64,000 nucleotides of DNA from Thalia democratica (taxonomy: Eukaryota). The notes under the pieces were generated by a model, which searched no databases, had not been told where the DNA came from, and saw nothing but the letters and a program-made list of their open reading frames with translations. The DNA is taken from NCBI GenBank assembly GCA_965202585.1, contig OZ241827.1:57660001-57724000 (forward strand). The letters run 5' to 3'. Positions 46,190 through 61,100 of this stretch are shown in pieces; position 1 is the stretch's first letter; each line of letters opens with the position of its first letter. The position numbers and the translations under genes were made by a program.

Positions 46190-47119
46190 AAGGACAATAG
46201 ATAGCTATAAAGTCTAGCAACTGTGCCTCTGTTTCTTGAAAATTCGAGGAACAGCTATACAATAGAGTTGTTTTTGGAGGAAAGCTTGTACTTGCAAGGC
46301 ACCAAAGAAGACTACACTTGCAGCGACGGCTTTCTGATGATTCTACCTATTTTTGACGGTATTGTCTGCGACAAAACTGGATTATGGGTATCTCCTGAAC
46401 CTGTTAGATGTATTAGAAGTAAATAAACAAAGTTTTCAATTTTTTTGTTTTAGTGTATTGTAACTACCAGTAAAAAGTTTTTCAAATTGTACAATAAGTT
46501 TAGTATTTACACATGCTTTAAGTTTTATGAAACTTTACAAAATTTTACTTGCTTAATGTGATAGACGGTTAAGTAGAATATTTAGATCACTAACATCCCC
46601 TAGTTATCGTTTGCCTGAAAAATTTGTGCGAATAAAATGCGACGGCAATTTTTTTTATGACAGTAAAGTTGAATACGTGTACGAGTGTTTGGACAACGGT
46701 ACATTGTAACTCAGCAGAAGGAATCTGCATAAAAAGTGAGATAAAATAGTATACTTCTGTTTGAAATCAATAAAAGTAGTAACACGATATAAACTGCTTT
46801 ATAGGTCGTAACCACAGTTTTGGAATTTTTAAATCGTAAGTACTTTTTATAAAGCATTTTTGAACACTTTTTTTTTAGCTACTTTTGACAACTAAGCTCA
46901 TACAGAATTTTCCGAACCGCTTAAAACAGCTGATTACGGAGTTTTGTATGAATACAATCATTAAAATGATCAGTAATTTCTGACGACATTTGTCAACTAC
47001 ACTTCCTGCGCCGCTGACAACTACGAATTGTATCTTGAAGACGTCAGAAAGAAAATAAATCTTTTACTTTGCAGCAGAACTGACGAGTGGCCTGTAAACA
47101 GCCTCCATCTGCGGTCTAA
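46190..47119 (+). pseudogene. Three disabled Sushi/CCP exons (46190-46418, 46604-46735, 46906-47119)
   Basis: Each exon ends in a phase-1 GT donor. CCP motifs: YTCSDGF...IVCDKTGLWVSPEPVRCIR; YDSKVEY..ECLDNGT[fs]NSAEGICIK; FVNYT.C...LCSRTDEW[fs]ICGL. Every exon has an internal stop or frameshift. Confidence 0.75.
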
Positions 47120-50100
47120 GTGAGTTTCTTCTAATAAAAAGAAAAGACAAAAATTTCAGAGTTATAAATAATAACAAGGCTATTCAATACAATAAATTCT
47201 TTTAAGCGCGCTCTTTTGAACGTCAAACAAGCTCTCTGCCACTTTCAGTATTGATTGCAATAGGCTGCAACGTGGACCCTTATGGAAATTTGTCTACTAA
47301 TCGCCGTTTTGGCTGGTTCTGAAACGAGTTCGCCCCCTGATTAATTATATAGATAAATACTTTTCTTAAATGTAATTAATTATCATACCGATATTTTCTT
47401 TGTAATTTATTTCAATATTAAGTTAAACTAGTTAAATTAATATATGAGAACAGTATGATAGGTTTTATACCAGTGAAAACAACTACTTAATTTCATGTGT
47501 ATATAAATTTTTATGAAATTTGAAACAAACCCTCTAATGTGTTTAAGCAGCACAAATATACCAAACTTAATCATTTTATAAATAAAAGAAAGTAACTTTC
47601 CATTTAGCATCCTTTTGATAAGTATCATATTTGATAGTGTGTTTTAAAGTTATTAAACACCATATAATTGTCATTGAAAACCTATTTAAAAAAGCATTAA
47701 TGTATAAGAATTATTTTGTTCATAATTTTAGTTGTTATAAAAAGTAAAGAGTATCAATAACTGCTTTATTTATAATTAAAAACAGTTTTACTGGTTTGTT
47801 ACACATATAATTTACGTAAATATATATTTAAACATTTTTAATAAGTTTTAATTCATAATGTTGTTATTTCATGATAAAATTAATATTTGTTTCGTTACTT
47901 AGTTTAAATAAGTATTTACAGTTAAAGTGTAGAGAAAAACAAGTTGTTCTTGATTACAGGTTTGAATTAGCTAGCTAAGAGCTAGTTTAGGGTAATTTCT
48001 ATCACCAGCTATTGAAATTCACAAATAGTTAAATATTTTTATGTAATTTAACCTGTATTGAGTAAAAATATAAAAAGTTTTATGAAATTTGTTTTACAGT
48101 TTCTTCCATTTCATTAACACGCCGTTGAACGATAATGTTACTTACTTGTTTAATTTGAAATTACTAATTGAAAAACTAAGTTATTTTCAAGTGTTTATTC
48201 AATAAGTATTTATTTATTATCAAGGACAATAAAAATGTTTTAAGAAAATTTTAAGTTTGGTAAAACTAGGAATTTAATATTTTATTTATAACATTTATAC
48301 AAATTTATATAATTGACAGTTTAACACATTTATACAAATTGATATTCCTTTTTTTTTTTACTTTTTTTAAAATGATTATGTTTAAGTCGTTATATATACT
48401 TAAAGTTATAATTTATCTAACTTTAGAGTGTTTATGTAACTTGCGAAAATTAGTAATGTATATCACTGTTTTGTTATTTCTTTATTAAACCACTAAATTT
48501 CCTTAGTTTTAGACACAGAATAAAGTTTGTTGGAAACTATACAGCTACTATAAAACGTATGCAGGAAATTTCTAATCATAACCGGTCTATTTTATTCAAA
48601 AAGTTTTTAAGTATGGGTTTAATATAGGAAGTTAGAAATATTAATGTAGTTGTAGATTACTTTAAGAATTGTAGTTTAAACAAAATAGAGATTGATTACA
48701 TACCTGCGTATTAGTTTTGTTTTTTAAATCTTATCTTTACTTAGTACAAATATCTCTATAGAATGTATTTTTAAAAAGTGAAAACTACTAATAAATTGTA
48801 AAACTAAAATATCTTTGTCAAGTACTGATTAGGACATGGTGAAAAAAAAACAGGGTTCCTTTGTGTCTAAATTTAAAAGCGCTAAATATTTCTGATGTTT
48901 AAAACTTAAAGTGACTATTAAGTACACTAAATCAATCATTGAAAATTTTGCTAGTGATATTCCAAAACAGCAGTAAAATGTTTTTAGTCCTGTCTTTTTT
49001 GAAAACCAAATTTGCGCTTTAAATACATCTAATAATACTTTTAAAGTAAATACTGATTAGAATTGGTATCATATAAGACATATTAAGTTGAAGATAAACG
49101 TTTGGTTATTGAAACAGTAGTTTTCGTGTATAACTTTAGGCAAACAGTTTTACTTGGGGTTAGATTAATGGTTTTAAGTATCAATGATAATGTAAACTAT
49201 ACATGAAAAAGTAATCTATATTTCATATCACTACAACTAAACTTTAATAATTTTCTTAAGTAAGCCTCTTAAAGTATTATAAAAGTTTCTGATAAAACAA
49301 TAGATTCAGTGAATTATTTATAGCATCTTTTCTTAAATCTATAAACGGTATTTAATAATAAGATTTGATTTTTATTTTATTTAAAGTTTTGCCTTTCTAT
49401 AAATTTATTTTAAGATTTTCTCATAAATATTTTTAACTAAGCTTTTAAAAACATTTCTAATTAACAAAGTTTAAAAAATAAAAATAATAAATACTTCTTT
49501 AATTTATTTAAAACTAAATTATTACACTACGTGGTTAGCATCAGTGGTAAAATATGTAATATTTATATTAATAAAAAGCCTATTAATCTAACGTAAGATC
49601 CTTTTTTGAACATTTTAAAACACAAAGCGTATTTATAGAAAAATCTTTCAAAGTTAGAATTTAGTAGCTAAGTTCTAATTTAAGTTAACAGTAGTATAGT
49701 ACTTTTGCATTCGTTTACGATTGTTAATAGTCATACTATTTTGCATTATATAGTGAATCGTTAACAGTTGCAGTTACTTTTATCTGAAAAGAAGCTTCAA
49801 TAAGTTTTCCTAATAAGTTGATTATTAGTTTATGCATTAAAGACTAACAAATAAAATAATTTTCTTCTTAATCAAAACTGTATTGTGTTTTGATAAAAAA
49901 ACGTAAATATTGCTCACCCTGACCACAAAAATTAAAATTTTTCCAAATTTTTTCTATTTACCTGTTAAATTGTCTAAAAGAGGTGTTACCACCTTTTGGG
50001 AAGACAATGAGTTAGTAGTATATATTACCCTGTTTTATACCGAAAATTTTTGAAAATTAGTTCTAAACCGAAACTTAATATTTTAAGAGTTTATGTTTTT

Positions 50101-53100
50101 AATAGAAAAGCATAAAGTTCGTAAAAACAAACTTATTCTTTGTAAAAAGTTTTGAAATTTGGTTCGCAATAAGCTTACAATAAGTTTTTAGGCGGTTACA
50201 GTTTTTTTATTTTCAGGATTATTTTAAATGTATTAATGTCTAAGGAGTTTAAAAACTACTGGTTATAGGTTAGGACGTGTTTTGAACAATTGAAAGTTTA
50301 TTTATTACGGATTTTATCAATGTATTGGATCTGCTAATAACAATAATAAATTTTAATTAAATATTCTTCAGTATAACGAAAGCACTAACCGATGGTGTTA
50401 ACTACCTTTTAAATTACTGCTTATAAATACTTAAACTTTGTCAAACAAAAAACAAATACCAACTAAACCTCTTAAATTTATTGTGACCTTAAAGCCTTAG
50501 AGGAAATTAAACTTTGTTATTTTTAAATGTTTGTTTTATTTTTCTTGTGTTTAAGTTATTGTTTCACAGTAGTTATTATTATTCATAGTTTTTTAACTTT
50601 TTTGAATAGGTTAATCTACTTTTTATTTTTTTTAGTTAGCTTAAAGAATTTAAATTTCAAATAACTTTCTTTATCAATTAATATTTAAAAAAAAAACAAT
50701 TTTAAATTTCACAAAAATTATAAAAACTATAAACAAAAACAATGTTATTCTAAAACAATATTTTTTTTTGTAGAATTATTGTATAACTTAGTTAAAATAA
50801 TAGTTAAACTTTTTATTTTTTTGTTATTAAACACTGCCTTTTATTAATACAAACATATGTTTATTAGAAATACTGAGTCTTTTATTGAATTAAGCACTTG
50901 CTAAGCTGTTGACTGGCTATAAATGTATATCATATACTACACAAAAATTTAAAGATATATAGTTAGAACAAGTTTTGTATTTTAACAACTTTTTTTAAAG
51001 ATTTTTCATAAAAAAAACTGTTTTTTTATATGTAAGGTGTTTTAGAAACGAAAATTTAGTTTATTGGTTAGTCCTAAGAAAGTAGTTTTTTGAAAAATAT
51101 TAAAACAACTTATACAATTCTCTTTTTAGTACAACAAAAACTTTAAACTTATTTCATTAATAAATAGAATATGCTTCTAAAATTTGTGTGTTTTGTAAAA
51201 ACTTAATTGATTAAAAGACAACAAGTTTAGCTGCATTCAAACCATAACGCTTTATACGAAGTTTGCAGGAAAACTACTTTAGTTACATTTAAACGAACAA
51301 GTTTTATTTTAATACATTATATCATTTAAAATCAAAAAATCTATTGCAAAGCTTTATTTAGCATAAATTAGAATATTTTCTGTTTGAACAAGATTTTATT
51401 CAACTGATGATCTCGTTTGATTTGGTTCAAGCAAGTGAAACATTATTTTGTTAATAAAATTTAAAAATCGAATAAATTAGATTAGAGTGATTTAAAGTAA
51501 ATATATTTAACAAATTTTTCTTGAAATGTTTGTGTTTTCATTATGATAAGCAATAACAATTACTTTAATTTTTGAATTGAAAAGTTGTAAACAAAATTAC
51601 AACCTATAAATAAACAAAAGTATTTAGGTTCATACTAAAAGCTAATTAATAATAACAGTACATGTGTTTTTTACGTAATTACCTTAAAAGTTAATGTTTG
51701 TCAAAATAAGTCTTAAAATAAAAGCTCATGTGGTTTATCTTTAATCAGGACATCCAGTTAAAATTTAAAAATTATAAAGTATTTGTATTCTTTATTTAAA
51801 TTTTACATGATACTATAATAGTGGCAATTTTATTAACAGTATTTTGTATCGTTTAAAAATAAAATTCTATAAATTTTATTTTAAGAAAAGTTTGTTTACT
51901 TCAAAATTTAGATTGTTAAAGTTTTAATCATTTATATAATTAGATTATTAGTTTTTATATTCACTGTAACTTAATAATATTTTGAATTTTATGATAAAAA
52001 CGACCTTAAGATACTATATATTCTATTCTCATTAAAATAAATACTGCTACTAAAAACAAAATATAATTGGATAAACTGAAAACTGTTTTCAGTTTTTGAT
52101 TCTTCAAAAAATATTTAACTTTTTCACTACTTATGCTTATTTTTCACTACTACTTATAATTAAAAATTAAACAGCACTTTAAAGTAGTTATAAAATATTT
52201 CAATTTGGTATCAAAATAAATATGAAAATAAACTTAAAATCTAGCTTGTATAATTTTAACAAGATAAAAATTGTTGCATTTTTACTACTATATACTTTTC
52301 AACAAAGCAAAGGTTATCTTTATTATCTTTAGCGAAAATAGTTTAGTTTTAGTTCTATCAGCATTAAAAGCTCACAACTATATTTATCCAAAATTAGTCA
52401 AAGCAAACCTTCTATAAATGTTATACAAAAGCTTGAGCATTTCAAACTTTTTGCGACGACAACACCTAACAAATTAAATAAACGCTTTTTATTACTATGT
52501 AAATGATTTTAAGAGCAAGTTATCTGCCTGGCAATAAGAATGCCAAGCATCTTTATTAAGATCATTGTCTTAAACCCTATAATTTTAAGCCATTTAAAGG
52601 CATGAATGTGTGACAAAGATTTCGTACGTTCAACTCACGAGGCGCTTTCCTTATCTTTAGTTTAAATCAAGCAATTATTCCAGATAATGCCCGAAATAGC
52701 GCTGGCAGTGCTCAAAATCACTTTCCGATAGAATTCAACAAAAACAAGTATGAAAATTCAGCTGTTTTAGTGGTTTCTGATTTCTCTGAAAGTCGTTTGT
52801 TTCTCTATGACAAAGTGTTTTTAATAATACTTTTTAGAACTTATAAACTTGCACGTTTACTTTAGCGTCCAGACAGATAATTAAAGTACTGTAAACATCT
52901 TCAAGTACCACTAAACACATCGAGAATGCTCAAAAAACTTTGTTTGACATGTTATATAAATTAAAGACTAAAACCGCTCGTACTAAAGTGATTGAGTTCG
53001 GATAATTTGCTAGAATAAACAAATTAAGTTATGTTGTTTACGTTAGGTTTCGTTCATCATTACATGATAAGTATAAAGCACCGACAATTCTAATTTATTT

Positions 53101-56100
53101 TTGACAAGTGCAATTAAAAATTTAATGAACAAGTAGGCTATTGTTGAACGCATAAACAACGGTAGATAAATTTTACACATAAAATTTACAGCTTTCAAAT
53201 CTATACATAGCCTCTTATCGTGTAAACAAATAAGCTTAATAGAAAATAGCTTTGCTAAAACGTATCAGCCTTTGAACTATTTACTTAATGGGATAAAGTT
53301 AAATAAATAAAAACGACAGTTATATCACTGATAATTTTATTTGAATTGTGCATACAAGTGGTGTTATGAAATTTAATCTTATTTGTCAATATGTGCTTTT
53401 AAAATTCCACACTCTTCTTTGTGTGAGTGTGAAAGAATTAAATGACCGAAGTTATTATTTGTAAACTTGATTAAATCATATTAACTTTTGGACTATATAG
53501 AAATTTTAGGTTGTGATCACCTTATTTCAAATTAATTAAATAAAGTTTATTCATTATTTTGCCGCAGAAAATTTTATATAATAATGAAGGTAAAAATTGA
53601 CAAAAATTAAATACCAAAGGAATGATTTAATTTAATTACAATTCAAAGTTTCACTCAATTAGACTATTAAGCATTAAATTATAGGAAAAAATTCATTAAT
53701 TAAAAAACGTTCAATAAATATTTTCCTCTTTTCAAAAAAGGAAGTTTTACCAAATTCAACTTTTATTTTATTTATTTGCAGATTACATTTTTATATTCTA
53801 AAATTAATTAAAACCAAAATATAAATGCTCACTAGACTAGCTTAAAATAAAATTTTTATAATACAATTAGCTAATTAGCGGTTTAAAACATTAATAAAAA
53901 ATTTAGTCTAAGCACAAATAAACTGACTACTAGCATGGTTTATTTACTATATATAGGTATGCTACTATTTACAGGTATACTCTATATATAGATAAGTTAT
54001 TTTATGCGAAATTATAAAAGCCTGATGTTCATATAAATGCTAATAATAGCTTTTTATCTTCAGGCTGTTTATACATTTTAGTTTATTCAAAGCTTTATAA
54101 TGCTGTAACTAAATATTATTCACTAATTTTAAGTGTCTCCTTGATAATATAAAACGCTTAAAGCTAGAGGAAGATGTCTTGAAAATCCAAAGTTTTTGAT
54201 TTAAAAAAAATATAATAGCGTTTCATTCAAAACTTATTAAAGCTGACTCACACGAAACTTTGCATATTGGGAATTCAGACGTCTGAATATGAAACTTTAG
54301 AAGGTAGTTACGAGCTGCAAATCAAATTAGAAATTAATTCCTACAAACTTCCACACCGCCTTCACCCAATTACTCAGTTGTAAGCACATTAGAGGCCTCG
54401 TTAGCGCGACTGACACTCCGATGGTTGCAAGAATAATGGTTTTTGGTCGGGGAAAACCCCTTTCATGAGCAGCACGTGCCGCGATTAAATTTTTTTGTTT
54501 CGACAAAGAAACTTTTTTTTTTTGCAGGTGTTGCGGCAGTCTGCTATTTTTCACCATAGCGGTTACCGAGGTTTCCAGTTTATTAAAATTGGCGAATAAA
54601 CGAGGCCATTGTTTCAACTTGCCACTCGCTGAAACAGCAATTCCATAAACCTGCTGTTTTTATTGTGAATCTGACTGATTTTCGCGGAAAGTCGCTAATC
54701 TGCGATGGCATTTTGAGAGGATTTCAACGGTAATTAGCCGAACAAGCTGGTGATAAGGTCAATGTCATGCCGTCGATCCAGCGAAATATCAAACACGTTA
54801 CAGACACAATAAAAAGACTTTTTCAGCCTATATTTTTTAATTTATAATTTCGGTGTTTTGTAAACCTGGTCTGGAATAGACAACTACTTTTGCGTTTTTG
54901 TTCAAGACTGCTTTAGGAAATAAAACTAAAATTGTGTCTGTTGAATTCTTAAAAGCGTGCTAATTGAATTAGTAATTATAAAGTAGGAAGTAAAAAATAA
55001 GTATAAAGTGTCAAATTTCAATAAAAATTTGTTTGCTTGTTTATTAAAATCGATGATAAACAACGAAACATGAAAACGCTTTTAAACTAAAACTAGATGC
55101 TGAATCAAAGCAGCATAAAATAAATTGCAGTTTATTTTTGGTAACGCGTATTTACTATTACAATAAAAGCAATTAATTAAACAGTTAATTTTATTTGCAA
55201 TATAAAAACTGCTTAGTTTTTCTTGAAGCTATTGGGCTTTGAAGTACATATTTAGTTCTAGTAATTCTTTAAACTACTTTTTATAATTCAAGTTTTGTGA
55301 TTTTAGACGTGTATTGTACTTTTACAAGAACTTATAGATAAAAAGTCGGAATGTAGCAATAAACGACTTTTTTATATTCAATGTTTCAGTTTAACAAAAC
55401 GACTGACAAAAAAATTGGTGTTTACTTAAAAAAATTGAAAAGTTTAAACATTTTATTTAGGACTTGTTTAGCAAAAAACAAAATGATAATTTTCTGAAAC
55501 GAAATCTCAGTTATTTGTTTTTAAAACGTTAACATAGCAGAAATGAACAATTTGAATTTTTGTTTACAGTCAACTTAAAAGGTACTAAAGCCGCGATACA
55601 ACAAAGCGGTCACGCCAAAAAAGCAACCAGCAATTACTTAGCACCGAAAGAAAAACATTTTTTGCTAAATATTTATTAAACGCACTGAGCTTCGGTCAGC
55701 TCAAATTTAAAACGAGAGAACGCTGCTCGGCGTAAAAACAAAAGAAGAGAAATTTTTGAAACAAAGTAAAAGAAACGCGCTTAGCAGCTCGATATGTTAT
55801 TAAGGTATCCGTATAGCACTTAGTAGTAGTAGTAGTGCGTTTATACTTTGTACTTTTAATTAAACGAACGCTTAATTTCCTGCAATGTATGACAACCTGC
55901 AGGCATATTAGTTTTAATAAGATCGGTTAACGTGTGTGTGCTGCATTAGAGTCATTGCTTGAGGTGATGTTTTTTAAATAGAACACTTTGGTTGTTTATA
56001 CAGAGCTTTGTTTTACTACGTTTTTGTTTACAGTAGTTATTAAACAGATTACTTTAAGATCATATTTTGAATTGTAGCTAAAAGTTTTAGAGCTTAGTTG

Positions 56101-56687
56101 ATAAAGTTTGTTTGGTTTTAAAGAAATTAAAGTAATTGCAGACTTACTTTGTGAGTTTAATTACTTACTTTTTGTTTTTAAAATCCTGTAAATTCAACAA
56201 TGTTTTTTTAATAAATTTATTGCTTTACATTATTTATATGCTAAATAAAACTAGGGTTGAATAAATACGATTTGTAATAGCAGTTATGTTTTTCAAGAAA
56301 TATTTCGTCACACACTGGTTTTTCTTATTTTAATTGCAAACATAATTTAAAGGTTTACAATATAATAAAAACAAATTAAAATACTAATTATAAGTTTTAT
56401 GACCGCAAAGGAGCACCGCAGTGTTTATTTATAAGACAATAAAATTTATCATCACTGTTTATAAATTACCTTTGTGTCCTAAACAGCCCGTCATGAGCGC
56501 ACGCAAATTAACAGATTAATCGTTGAATTATCAATATTTCAGACGCTGTTTAGTCATTTAAACTTTCGAAATAAAAGAGATCAACAGCTATAAAACTGGA
56601 AACTGAAACTTTTTGCTGAGAATAAAATTTGTGCAGTGGAAAACAACAAAGAGACGAAAACAGCAAGAGTTGAGTTGATAAATTGGA

Positions 56688-56753
56688 ATGACTCGGGTTG
56701 CGAGTATTTACACGAAAACACATCACTGCTGCTGTTGCCTTCTCTTGCTGCTG
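56688..56753 (+). CDS. Candidate signal-peptide first exon (MTRVASIYTKTHHCCCCLLLLL), probably a distal exon of the next ADAMTSL copy
   Basis: ggaATG, 22 codons ending in a hydrophobic run, then a strong phase-0 donor CTG|gtaagt. Confidence 0.5.
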
Positions 56754-58139
56754 GTAAGTGCTTCATTACTAATTCACGTGGGAATTTTCCCCAAGTTTTA
56801 TAACAGTAAGTAGCTGAGAGTTAGTGTGAAAATTTCAGTACAATACGGTTGAAAGAAAGCACAAACTTTTAATGTTGCTTCGTGCTGAGAATAAACACCA
56901 AAACAAAGTTTGCTCATTCAATGCAAAACAAAACACCGCAGACTTTGTTCAGCGCTTTTTACGGCAACTAAATTTCTTGCACAGCCGTCGCAACAACTTA
57001 CATTGCACCGTTACTTAACAAAAATATATACAAAAAAATACGCAGTAATGTAAACTAAGGTCTTTTAAACTCTCCGCCAATGAATAATGACTGATCAAAC
57101 TTTTCCAGCGTCTATTTTTACCCTTTTGTATCGACTACTTTTGGTAAATATTTACATTAGAATTGATTACGCACGTATGCCATAATGTTAAAACTGTACT
57201 TGAACTTTATTGCTGTGTGTGTTTTTGTGTTTTTTAGAAATATGAGACACAGTTTTAACATAAATAGTTATTTTTAGATTATAAATTTAAATCAAATGCT
57301 TTACAAATACATTGAATTAATTTTTTCTTTATAAATTTTAACAACATGTTTTTTACTTAAATTTCCTCTTATATGTTTACCAGTAGAAAATTGAATAATT
57401 TGACTTAAAAATATTTAGTAATTTGGAGAGCGGGTCAGTGAAAGTCCATGCAAATTTTTTAGCGCTATATCAATATTAAAAACGAGGCCAATTCCACCGG
57501 TTTGCTCTAATAAAAGTCACACCTAGCACACAAACATATATACAGCGGGATAATATTAGGCGAGCAAATAGCTTCAAGTTCAACTTTAATCGATTATCTT
57601 GGAAGCATTCTTTGGGGCAGGCAGCGTTTACACACACATTGAAAAGAGAAAGCGAAAGTTTTTCTCTGCTGCTGAAAGTTTGCTCGGCGTCGCTTTTGCA
57701 CGTTTGAACGTTTCACTTTGTATGAGGTGGCCACCGCTGCTGTGAGGTGTTTGTTTAATACTCGACAGCTTTTATCTTGTTTTGAGCTCGAGCGCGATTT
57801 GGGTTTAGTTATTTTTTCTGATGGTTATATCCTCGTATCACAACGGTTATCCGCTGCGAATAGTAGCACTTTTGTTTTTATGTTACAAGCGAATTAAGCC
57901 GTCCTAAGAGAGCGCGGACCTCGATAAAAATATTCGGCGTCGCCTTGCACCCTGGCTGACCCCTGGTCCTCAAAACACTGTTGCTTTGTGTTTGACGTCC
58001 GCTTGCATCGTCTTGATAGTTTCTCATCACACTCGCCATTCAACACAATTATCTTGTAATCAAACGTCAGTCACATGCATTGACTATTCGGCGAGATGGC
58101 AGAACAAAGAGTCCACTATATTTTTACTTGACAGGCAGC

Positions 58140-61100
58140 TCTGCCTGCTTGTTATTGGTTGCGCAGCTGAGCCTTCATTTATGTGGCCTGCCTGGCTTGT
58201 TTTAATTTCATACAGCGTGTAGAGATAACTCTCGCTAATAGCTAGTTTGATATGATTTATTTGTCATCATTTTGGATTGCTAAATTCTTTCTGTGAATGT
58301 TTTAACGGCTGAAAAGGGTTTGTTGAAAACATGTATTTTGAAATTTTTGACTTGATTTTTAATATAACTTTTTATAGTTTTAAGTTGAGCTCTCCAATAG
58401 TGCTTGACTGATTTAGTAAAATATCATTTTATTTAACCAACCTTTAAGATCTACAAAAGATCTCAAAACTTCGTATTCATTAGACTATTTTTCTTGATTT
58501 TTTTAGACACTTGAAATATATAAAAATACTCTTAACACTCTTAATAGATGTTGAGAACATTATAGAAACTTAGCTTAAAGTTAAATTAAGGTTTATGTTT
58601 GACATATATTACTATAAGCACAGTCTTCATAATAAAAACTATATATACAAACAAGATGCTCAAAAGCTAATGCAAGTACATTTGTTTTGAAAATTTTTAA
58701 GCAAATAAGCTCAATATAAAAACTGTCTTAACCTATCTCTTGCTTTATTGAAGAGCAACTGTTGTCTTTCACTAGTAATTTAATCTCTGAAATCTGCATG
58801 TCTGAAGAATTTCCCGACCTCAGTCGCAAACATCACTTTTGTCGTTTATATCCTCTGCTTTTGTTTTAATGGGGGCTTGAGAGGGATAAAGATTACGGCG
58901 AAATTGCATCACAACCCATTCAAATCGCATTACAAATTGCTCTCTAAAGCTTCTCAGACGTCAGCAAATCCCCTGGTCGCTTGGCAACCAAGCGCTTTGT
59001 GTTTGTGCCCTTTACCCTGAAATTATGTAAAACAGTGTCATATTGCGCCCACCGGACAGCTTCTCAGAAAGCTGTGGCCAGAAATTAAATTCTTGTGCAA
59101 ACATTATGACGCAACAATTGCTTACTGAGAAGGTGCATGTTAAGCCATTCAGTATTAACTATGGGCCGAAACAAGTGAGAGCGTTTCTCAATACATTCCG
59201 TTTGTTTTTGGTAATTTTTCACTCTAGTTGAACCTCTGCATGTAGGTTCAAGGAAGTTCCAAATCTGTCAAAACAGCGAGTTTAACGACGAACAATTAAT
59301 GTTTCTAGTCATTAAAATCAAATTATTCAATTTTAAAACTGCCTTCCGAGTGTTTACGTACGTCCTTGTGTTTAGGTTTGTGTTAAACTTAAATGACTAA
59401 GCATGGTAATTTAATTAACGAATTCCAGCAAAATTCGGCACAAAAACGTGATCGGAACAAAATAGGAAATGTTTTCGTTTTGTTTCGGCAACATGTTTGG
59501 TAAACGGCAAACTGATAACAACTAATTTTTTTAAACAATTTGCATGTTTGCGTTTTTTGTTGATGTGCGTGCAGAGAGTACAAATAAGATAAAAATAAAA
59601 GTAAATTGATAACAACGCTGCTTATTTTCCCTTCAACTTTTTGCTAGAGAATTTTAAAACATGATAACTGCAAACATAAATCAATTAAAAGCGTTACGCA
59701 TGAACAATGTCGAAGTTTTTTTTTCTTTGAAACATAAACATCACATCTTATTTAATGCCTTTAGTGGCTTTTGTGGCCGATAAGTTTTGTTTTAGTACTT
59801 TTGATTTAGCTCTGAGTTTTTATTAAAAAGTCAGATTTGATATTTTATAAACAAATATTGTTTTCTAATCAGTAAAGCTTTAAGATTTAAGTTTTAACAT
59901 ATACAAGTTTTAATTAATAAATGAAGCCTGAAAGTGACTTTGTTTGAAAAAATTTTATTGAAAATCATATTAAAGTATGCACACATAAATAATTTATAAG
60001 CAGTTTGAACTTTATAATCTGCTGCTATAATAATGTGTTATGCAATAAATTTATTTTACAGAATAATTCACTCATGTTTTGTTTGCTGCAAACATTTTGA
60101 CGTTTTTCAAGAAAATACATTAAAATAAGTTGCTACTAGTCTTAATAGTTTGTGTTATGGAATACTCAGTTTTAAGTGTTAATAACATTGGCATAAATAC
60201 AAACATTTAGGCTGGGAACAAAAAAAAAAGAAAAGTTGGCATGTTAGTTGAAAATAAAAACAAAGAAAACTCGATAAAACTAAAGCTATAAATTGTAAAA
60301 TTTGCAAAAAACTTTAGACTCATTCAAATATATGCAATTCATAGATAGAAAAGTTAATTACAGATTTTGTTGGTTGTTTTTAGCAAAATTATCTTTGAAA
60401 ACTTCTATCAATAAAAGAACACATGAGATAAATAAGAAAAGTACATGAATAATTGAGAATCGTTTTAAAAGGAAGGTTCGATTTCTCTTAGGACATTTCT
60501 CACACTTGCTAAGCTCTGTATAAACTTTAGTATTTAAAAATTATTGCCTTAAAAAACTTTAAATTACTAAAGTAATTGCATATAAAAGTTCCAGAAAACT
60601 GTTCAGGTTATTTTTTCTAGATTTTATTTTATAATTATGTCATACATGTTGTAAAACACGTTTATAAAAAAAACATATTTTAAACATTTTAATGTTTAAG
60701 TATGGACGATTATATTTTGTATCAAAATTAAAAACAAAATTTACGAAATGCTTAAAATGTGTATTTTCATTATTGAATTTTGTAAAATAAATTAAAAGTA
60801 AATGCATTCCTCATTAAATATTTTAAGTTTCATAACACACTTTAGTGCTATAAAACAATTTAGAAAAAGATACCACAAAAATATTTGTTACCTTAATACC
60901 AACTGGTTTCAGACATTTTAAATTATAGTATTCAGTTTCACAGTATACCCTTTTACCTCTCAGATTTTACCTCATTTCATAATAAATTTATCAACTTAAA
61001 TAAGCTCTTATTTCAACTTTTGCGCATCTTCGTTAAAATTAAATTACCATTACCTTAAATGGATTTCGAGCAATTTTTGAATTTCGAACCGGTTTTTACG

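Noticed and set aside
52073-52095. Palindrome AAACTGAAAAC-T-GTTTTCAGTTT
   Set aside because: Short, AT-rich and isolated; plausible by chance.
54528-54560. CCGS reading frame after a strong acceptor, as a possible PLAC end
   Set aside because: Lacks the final Cys, and PLAC would have to be split over about 9 kb.
57901-57973. Possible hAT right end (ctggctgacccctg) between gtcct(a/c)a repeats
   Set aside because: No convincing left TIR and an imperfect TSD.
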